The position numbers and the translations under genes are program-made. The notes under the pieces are model-generated. The model did not search any database. It had not been told where the DNA came from and worked only from the letters and a program-made list of their open reading frames with translations. A DNA stretch of 64,000 nucleotides from Planctomycetota bacterium (GTDB taxonomy: Bacteria > Planctomycetota > UBA1135 > UBA2386). The stretch spans positions 1-64,000 of the forward strand of contig CANMWZ010000016.1 in assembly GCA_947501605.1 (NCBI GenBank), given 5' to 3'. This document shows positions 58,468 through 64,000 of the stretch, piece after piece (within the stretch, counting starts at the first letter, position 1; the number at the start of each line of letters is the position of its first letter).

Positions 58468-59784
58468 ATGGCTGCCAAGGGCAAAACCGTCGAGCGCTGC
58501 ACGTTCTGCGAGAAATCGCGTCACCACGTGCAGTCCCTGATCTCTGGGCCGCCCGGTGTCTACATCTGCAACGAGTGCATCGAGATCTGCAACACGATCC
58601 TCAAGGAAGAGGACCGGAAGCAGCGCACAGGTGCCGTCCCGGGCACTGGCACCAGCACCTTCGTCAAGGACATCGTCCTCAAGGACAAGGTCCCTTCACC
58701 GGACGAGATCCACCGGAAGCTGAGTGAGTATGTCGTCGGTCAGGAACGCGCCAAGAAGGTGCTCTCCGTCGCCGTCTACGGCCACTACCGCCGCTTGCAC
58801 GCTCGCTACCAGAATCCCGACCTGGACCTCGAGAAGAGCAACATCCTCCTCGTTGGCCCAACTGGATCAGGCAAGACGCTGCTTGCTCGCACACTGGCGA
58901 GGATCCTCGACGTGCCATTCGCCATCGCGGATGCCACCACCCTCACGGAAGCCGGCTACGTCGGCGAGGACGTAGAGAACATCCTGCTCCGCTTGCTGCA
59001 GAACGCCAACTTCGACGTCGAGCGGGCTCAGCAGGGCATCGTCTACATCGACGAGATTGACAAGATCGGCCGAACGACGAGCAACGTTTCGATCACGCGC
59101 GACGTTAGCGGCGAAGGCGTCCAGCAAGCGCTGCTGAAGATCCTCGAAGGCACGGTCAGCAACGTGCCGCCCCAGGGTGGACGTAAGCACCCGGAACAGA
59201 GCTACATTCAGGTCAACACCGAGCACATTCTGTTCATCTGCGGAGGAACCTTCTCTGGCATCGAACAGCACATCGCGCGGCGACTCGGCAAGAAAGTAAT
59301 CGGTTTCACGCAGACCGAGGACCAACTCCCGAGCCTCGATGCTTCTTCGACCTACCGCGATCGCGACGCTTTGATCCCCTACCTCGACCAGAAGGACTTG
59401 ATCGACTTCGGCATGATCCCCGAGTTCGTCGGTCGCCTGCCGGTCACTGTGGCGATGCGCTCACTGACGCTGGCGGAGATCCTGCAAGTCATGACCGAGC
59501 CCAAGAACGCGCTGGTCCGCCAGTACAAGGCCATGTTCGCGATGGACGGCGTGACGCTCGAGTTCACCGACGACGCACTGCGCGAGATCGCCGGCATGGC
59601 GATGGAACGCGAGACCGGAGTCCGTTCGTTGCGGGCAATGTTCGAGGAGTTGCTCCTCGACCTCCGCTTCACCCTGGCATCGCGCAAGGGCGAGCGCATC
59701 GTGATCACGCGCGAGTTCGTCAAGGAAGGCATGACGCGTCGAGGCCGTGATGACGGCGACGACCGCCAGCAGAAGTCGGCTTGA
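58468..59784 (+). CDS. clpX: ATP-dependent Clp protease ATP-binding subunit
   Basis: C4 zinc finger, [17 protein letters not shown] and IGF loops. Confidence 0.97.
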   Translation: MAAKGKTVERCTFCEKSRHHVQSLISGPPGVYICNECIEICNTILKEEDRKQRTGAVPGTGTSTFVKDIVLKDKVPSPDEIHRKLSEYVVGQERAKKVLSVAVYGHYRRLHARYQNPDLDLEKSNILLVGPTGSGKTLLARTLARILDVPFAIADATTLTEAGYVGEDVENILLRLLQNANFDVERAQQGIVYIDEIDKIGRTTSNVSITRDVSGEGVQQALLKILEGTVSNVPPQGGRKHPEQSYIQVNTEHILFICGGTFSGIEQHIARRLGKKVIGFTQTEDQLPSLDASSTYRDRDALIPYLDQKDLIDFGMIPEFVGRLPVTVAMRSLTLAEILQVMTEPKNALVRQYKAMFAMDGVTLEFTDDALREIAGMAMERETGVRSLRAMFEELLLDLRFTLASRKGERIVITREFVKEGMTRRGRDDGDDRQQKSA

Positions 59785-59812
59785 GCCGCCCGGCTAGGCC
59801 AACGATTCCCGC

Positions 59813-60925
59813 ATGGGCCAGCCTGTCGTTTCCGCACTTACCGACCTCGACGACGACAACCTGCAGCAGCGGGTGATCGCCGCCGGCGGCAAGCCCTTCC
59901 AGGCACGTCAGGTCGCCCATTGGGTCTACCGCCACGGCGCGACCACCTATGAAGCGATGGGCAACGTGCCCCAGGCCCTCCGCGCCGCTTTGCAGCAGCA
60001 AATGCCGGTGCGCAGTTCGCACGTCGCGACGGTGGACTCGGCGGCTGACGGCACCGACAAGCTGCTCGTTCGCTTGCACGACAGCCAGTCCGTCGAGTGC
60101 GTGCTCATCCCGGACGGCGAACGCATTACGCTGTGCGTCAGTTCACAGGTGGGCTGCCCGGTCGGCTGCGTGTTCTGCGCCTCGGGCATGTTCGGCGTTG
60201 TGCGCAACCTGACAGCCGGTGAGATCGTCGAGCAGGTGCTGCATGCGCGCGATCGGTTGCCTGAAGGACGGACGATCACCAACTTGGTCGTCATGGGTAT
60301 GGGCGAACCGATGCTCAACCTTTCAGCACTGCTGCCAGCGCTGCGTCGACTGCACGACAAGGATGGAATCGACATGGGCGCCCGCCGCATCACGGTGAGC
60401 ACTTCAGGCTACCCGCGGCAAATGGCCGAGTTTGCCGAAGCTGATCCGTCGTGGAACCTCGCAGTGTCGCTGCACGCTGGCGACGACACGCTACGCAAGC
60501 AACTGGTCCCCACCGCCAAGCACCCGGTACGCGAGATCGTCGCGGCGGCGACCTCTTACTTCGCGCAGAAGGGCCGCGAAGTCACGTTCGAGGTCGTGCT
60601 GTTAGCGCAGGTCAACGACCGCCCACAAGACGCACAGGCGCTCGTCGATGCGCTTGGTCGAGTGCCTTGCACGGTGAATCTGATCCCCTGGAATCCAGTG
60701 GAGGAGCTCGCCTCGACGGGCCTGCGTCGCCCCCAAACGGCGTCGGTTGATGGATTCGCCGAAAGCCTGAGACGCGGCGGCCTGAAGGTCACCGTGCGTC
60801 GACAACGCGGGGCCGACCGCTCGGCTGCTTGCGGCCAGCTTCGAGTTCGCGACGTGAAGGTCCACGAACACACGCCGCGTCCATCGGCACCGTCGAGCCC
60901 GACCAAGTGCCAGGGCCCCGAGTAA
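59813..60925 (+). CDS. rlmN: 23S rRNA m2A2503 radical SAM methyltransferase
   Basis: SSQVGCPVGCVFC, MGMGEP and AACGQL motifs. Confidence 0.93.
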   Translation: MGQPVVSALTDLDDDNLQQRVIAAGGKPFQARQVAHWVYRHGATTYEAMGNVPQALRAALQQQMPVRSSHVATVDSAADGTDKLLVRLHDSQSVECVLIPDGERITLCVSSQVGCPVGCVFCASGMFGVVRNLTAGEIVEQVLHARDRLPEGRTITNLVVMGMGEPMLNLSALLPALRRLHDKDGIDMGARRITVSTSGYPRQMAEFAEADPSWNLAVSLHAGDDTLRKQLVPTAKHPVREIVAAATSYFAQKGREVTFEVVLLAQVNDRPQDAQALVDALGRVPCTVNLIPWNPVEELASTGLRRPQTASVDGFAESLRRGGLKVTVRRQRGADRSAACGQLRVRDVKVHEHTPRPSAPSSPTKCQGPE

Positions 60926-60988
60926 CGCAGAAGACGCCTATCGCAGGGTGCCCCACTGAATGGGGAACCCGCAGATGCTGAACTGGCG

Positions 60989-62272
60989 TCAGCGCCCCTT
61001 CCTGTCGCCGCTGCTGCTCCCAGACTCGCTCGCATCCGAAGCGTCGCGCGGCTGCAACGGCGTCGCTTCGGCAGCCTTCGCCGCCGGCTTCTTGCCGCGC
61101 AGCACGACTTCCTTGCCTCGGCGCATGACCGTCACGGCCACGTCGTCTCCAGCCTCGATCTTGCCCAGCGCCTCCTGAACGTGCTGAGTGGACGCGATCG
61201 CCTGCTCCTCGATGCGCGTGACGATGTCCCCGGCGCGGATCTCAAGTTCACTTGCCAGCGAGCCGGCTTCTACCTGCTCGACCAGCAACCCACCGTCGAT
61301 GCCGAGGTGCTCCAGGAGCTCCGGCGCAATCTCCCGGCGAACGACCACGCCCAGGCGCTTGCCGACGGGCGGCGCACTGGCGACATCGGGCAACGCGAGG
61401 TCCGAGAGCGGCACCGTCAGTGCACCCCAGTTCCGGGGGCCCAGCCCGCGCACCCGCGGCAAGTTCGGAGCGAGCGGTTGCATGCCTTGGGGCATCGTGA
61501 AGCGAAAATGCCCCCCGAGGCCGCCACCGAGCCCTCGACCTTCCATCACTCCCGGATACTGCTTGTGGAACGTCTCGAGATCCGGCGCCTCGTAGACCTT
61601 TGACTCTTCCTCGCCCTTCTCGTTCTTGGTCTTGACGTCGACGCGCACGCCGTCAGGCCCCATCTGCATCGACATGCTCTGGCCGCTGCCCTGAATCGAC
61701 TGCAGTTGGCTCTTCCTCGCCTCCATCTGCTCTTCAAGGTCGGAGAAGACGTCGTCGCGGAAGAAGTGCGCCCGCGGGATGTCGACACCGAAATCGCGTT
61801 CAAGACGGAGGAACAACTCGTCGAAGCGATGCTGCAAGTCCTCGGGAAGAGCTGGAGATCTACGGCGGACGTCGCGGCGTAGCGGTGCGCCAGGAACTGC
61901 GGGGGCATCTGGGTCTACCGCGGGAGCCTCTCGGTCCGGGCTGCGGCGCAATAACTCACCCTGTCCACCACCTTCGATTTGCCGCACCAGCCGGCGCGAG
62001 CGCCACTGCACTTCTGGGTCGCTGTCACCGCTAGCGGCCGCCTTGAGCTCGGGAAGAGCCGCCTCGCCCAGTTCCCTTAGCGCCTTCTCCGCTGCTGTTC
62101 GGGCGCGGAACGTGTCATTGCCCAGATCACGGATCAGGGCCTTGGCGCGGATGCCCGGTTGCGCTTCTACCGCGGCGGAAGGCTCCGGAGCTTGGGCAAA
62201 CACGGGCAAGGCCAATGTCAGACTGCAGAGGGCAAGCCCAATTCGGGCCGCGTTGCAGAAGTAAGGCGACAT
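60989..62272 (-). CDS. Secreted HEAT-hairpin plus PDZ domain protein without a protease domain
   Basis: Signal peptide, LG...F..R..A...L/DPEV helical unit, C-terminal PDZ (RLGV...GLLVEQVEAGSLA...IRAGDIV). Confidence 0.8.
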   Translation of the reverse strand: MSPYFCNAARIGLALCSLTLALPVFAQAPEPSAAVEAQPGIRAKALIRDLGNDTFRARTAAEKALRELGEAALPELKAAASGDSDPEVQWRSRRLVRQIEGGGQGELLRRSPDREAPAVDPDAPAVPGAPLRRDVRRRSPALPEDLQHRFDELFLRLERDFGVDIPRAHFFRDDVFSDLEEQMEARKSQLQSIQGSGQSMSMQMGPDGVRVDVKTKNEKGEEESKVYEAPDLETFHKQYPGVMEGRGLGGGLGGHFRFTMPQGMQPLAPNLPRVRGLGPRNWGALTVPLSDLALPDVASAPPVGKRLGVVVRREIAPELLEHLGIDGGLLVEQVEAGSLASELEIRAGDIVTRIEEQAIASTQHVQEALGKIEAGDDVAVTVMRRGKEVVLRGKKPAAKAAEATPLQPRDASDASESGSSSGDRKGR

Positions 62273-62372
62273 GAAGTTCTCCGTGTAGGTGAAAACCGCG
62301 GGACCGGCCACCGACGAAAACTCGCGCCAGAATACTCCCATCGTCAGCGCCGAGGCACCCGCGCCATGCAAG

Positions 62373-62999
62373 TCAGCGAGCTTCGGTCCCGACCCAAGAT
62401 GCGGGCTTTGGCCGCACCGGCGGCATCGATTCGTCGAGCAGCAACGGCACCGACTCGTCATCCAAGGTGCGCAGCGACAATCGCCCCATCAAACCTTGCG
62501 CGAACGAAGCTGCCGCCGCGTCGCCACCGGTGGAGGCCGACAACCATCGCTCTTGCCCGAGCGGCTGCAAGAACCTCGACCCCAGGTCGCCGCCACCGCG
62601 AGCCTCGATGGGAGCCCGCTCAAACAAGCCAGCCGCAGGCAGCGCGCCGAAGTAGCCCCCGAGCAGCATTGCGCAGGCCGCAGCAGCCAACGCTCGGCGG
62701 CGCAACGGTGAACGCCAGAACGACCTCCTAACAGGTACCGCCGGAACGGCTGCGATCGCAGCGAGGATCTGGCCATGCCAAGCGCTGAACTGCACGTCAT
62801 CGACCAGCTCCTTGGCAACCGCGCGAGCATGACTCTGCAGCGCCCGACGAGACTGAAGCAGTCCACTCGCTTGCTGGCGGCACGCCGAGCAATCCCGCAG
62901 ATGGGCTCGCACCGAGGCCGCCTTGGCAGCCCCGAGATCGCCGCCGATGAACAACGGGAGCATGCCGAGCACATGGTCGCAGGAGCGTGCAGAACTCAC
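62373..62999 (-). CDS. Zinc-finger (zf-HC2) membrane anti-sigma factor
   Basis: HLRDCSAC (HxxxCxxC) and a TM helix; GTGA overlap with the sigma gene. Confidence 0.85.
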   Translation of the reverse strand: MSSARSCDHVLGMLPLFIGGDLGAAKAASVRAHLRDCSACRQQASGLLQSRRALQSHARAVAKELVDDVQFSAWHGQILAAIAAVPAVPVRRSFWRSPLRRRALAAAACAMLLGGYFGALPAAGLFERAPIEARGGGDLGSRFLQPLGQERWLSASTGGDAAAASFAQGLMGRLSLRTLDDESVPLLLDESMPPVRPKPASWVGTEAR

Positions 63000-63643
63000 G
63001 ACGTGCTCCTCCCAGCGATGCGCTCCCAGCGCTCCTTGAACAACTGGCGCGCGCGATGGACACGCCAACGCGCGGTCGCGTGCGTGATGCGGAGGATGGG
63101 CGCGATCTCGCGGCACGACAGGCCGTGAATGTCGCGCAGCACGAGTACGGCCTTGAACTTCGCGTCGAGCAGTTCAAGCACTTGCCAGACCTGCTGGTTC
63201 TGCTCGGCGAGTTCGACGGCAACCGTGCCTTCCGAAGCCTCGCGCTCGTCGGGCAGCAGCGCCCCGATCTCATCGAGACTCGCGGCGGTCGTTCCCTTGA
63301 GCTTGCGAAGCTGGTCGATCGCGAGGTTCATGACGATGCGATAGAACCAAGTGTAGAAGCTGCGCGCGGGATCGTACTTGGGCAGCGAGCGGTGGAGGCG
63401 GACGAAGGCCTCCTGCGTGACATCGCGGGCGTCTTCGACGCGGCCGACGACATGGAAGGCAATCCAGAAGGCGCGCTTTTGGTAGCGCGCTACCAGTGCC
63501 GCGAATGCATCCTCGTCGCCCTCCAGCGCCGTCCGAACCAACACGCCATCGCCGACCGCGCCGGAAGCAGCCAACTCCTCAACATGCGACGCCAGACCAC
63601 GCGGCAGGCGACCTGGTTCGGGCTGGGAGGAGGGTTGGACCAT
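62996..63643 (-). CDS. ECF RNA polymerase sigma factor
   Basis: Region 2 DARDVTQEAF..FYTWFYRI..NLAID and region 4 GLSCREIA..R.HRAR; the true start may be downstream. Confidence 0.93.
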   Translation of the reverse strand: MVQPSSQPEPGRLPRGLASHVEELAASGAVGDGVLVRTALEGDEDAFAALVARYQKRAFWIAFHVVGRVEDARDVTQEAFVRLHRSLPKYDPARSFYTWFYRIVMNLAIDQLRKLKGTTAASLDEIGALLPDEREASEGTVAVELAEQNQQVWQVLELLDAKFKAVLVLRDIHGLSCREIAPILRITHATARWRVHRARQLFKERWERIAGRSTS

Positions 63644-63806
63644 TGGGGAATGGGCGAAAGGAACCGGGAGCGGACAGCCTAGCAGGCTGGAGACACCACG
63701 CGGAGGGGCACTCTACGAAGCCCGCACGCCCAGTGTTGGCACCGGGTTCGCACTGGCGGTTCTTTTTCTGGGCAGCGTCGTCGGCATCGGCTCTTCGCCA
63801 GCCACC

Positions 63807-64000
63807 TCAGGCCCCGAGCGGCACGCCCATTCCGCGGAACTTCACGTAGCGCTGCTCGAGCAATTGCTCTACCGGCACCTGCCCCAACTCCGTCAACCAC
63901 TCGACGATCTGCGCCTTCACTCGATCGACCGTACCGCGCGCGTCGCGGTGCGCACCGCCGAGCGGCTCGTCAATCACCTTGTCGATCAGGCCGAGGCGCA
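63807..64000 (-). CDS. accA: Acetyl-CoA carboxylase carboxyltransferase alpha subunit, C-terminal fragment
   Basis: LGLIDKVIDEPLGGAHRD...LLEQRYVKFRGMG; 5' part outside the window. Confidence 0.92.
   Translation of the reverse strand, partial: RLGLIDKVIDEPLGGAHRDARGTVDRVKAQIVEWLTELGQVPVEQLLEQRYVKFRGMGVPLGA

Noticed and set aside
63736..63752. Sigma54-like TTGGCACCGGGTTCGCA on the plus strand
   Set aside because: It points antisense into accA and sits inside a CCAGTG/CACTGG hairpin with a T-tract, which is more simply read as a terminator-like element.

Overview
GC-rich, compositionally uniform bacterial core-genome window with no mobile element, CRISPR array, rRNA or tRNA that I could see. 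Gene content (TPR protein with two RNAP alpha-CTDs, degenerate EndoIII-like gene beside rpsP, many HEAT/TPR secreted proteins) suggests an uncultured Planctomycetota lineage; this is inference. Left to right: a glycogen cluster (glycogen synthase GT3 fused in frame to phosphorylase GT35 and running off the left edge, GH57, debranching enzyme, divergent glgC), rhomboid protease, an atypical folD, a system II cytochrome c maturation operon, ispA-dxs-NAD kinase-tatA-ispB, ssb, PilZ, rpmE-prfA-prmC, ffh-rpsP, murA, ruvA, mnmG, tig-clpP-clpX-rlmN, an ECF sigma/anti-sigma/PDZ operon and the 3' end of accA. The strongest novelty candidate is a dispersed sigma28-like regulon. The motif TCAAG-N15-(G/C/T)CCGA occurs four times in correct intergenic orientation: before (i) an operon of a coiled-coil protein plus an actin-fold ATPase resembling haloarchaeal volactin, (ii) an unannotated ~200-nt RNA made of four hairpins with G5-G6 runs, (iii) a leaderless 24-aa peptide and (iv) a 113-aa orphan. 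A second, sigma54-type, rod-shaped small RNA candidate lies next to the G-loop RNA. Family calls come from motif recognition by eye, not database searches, and start codons are best estimates.
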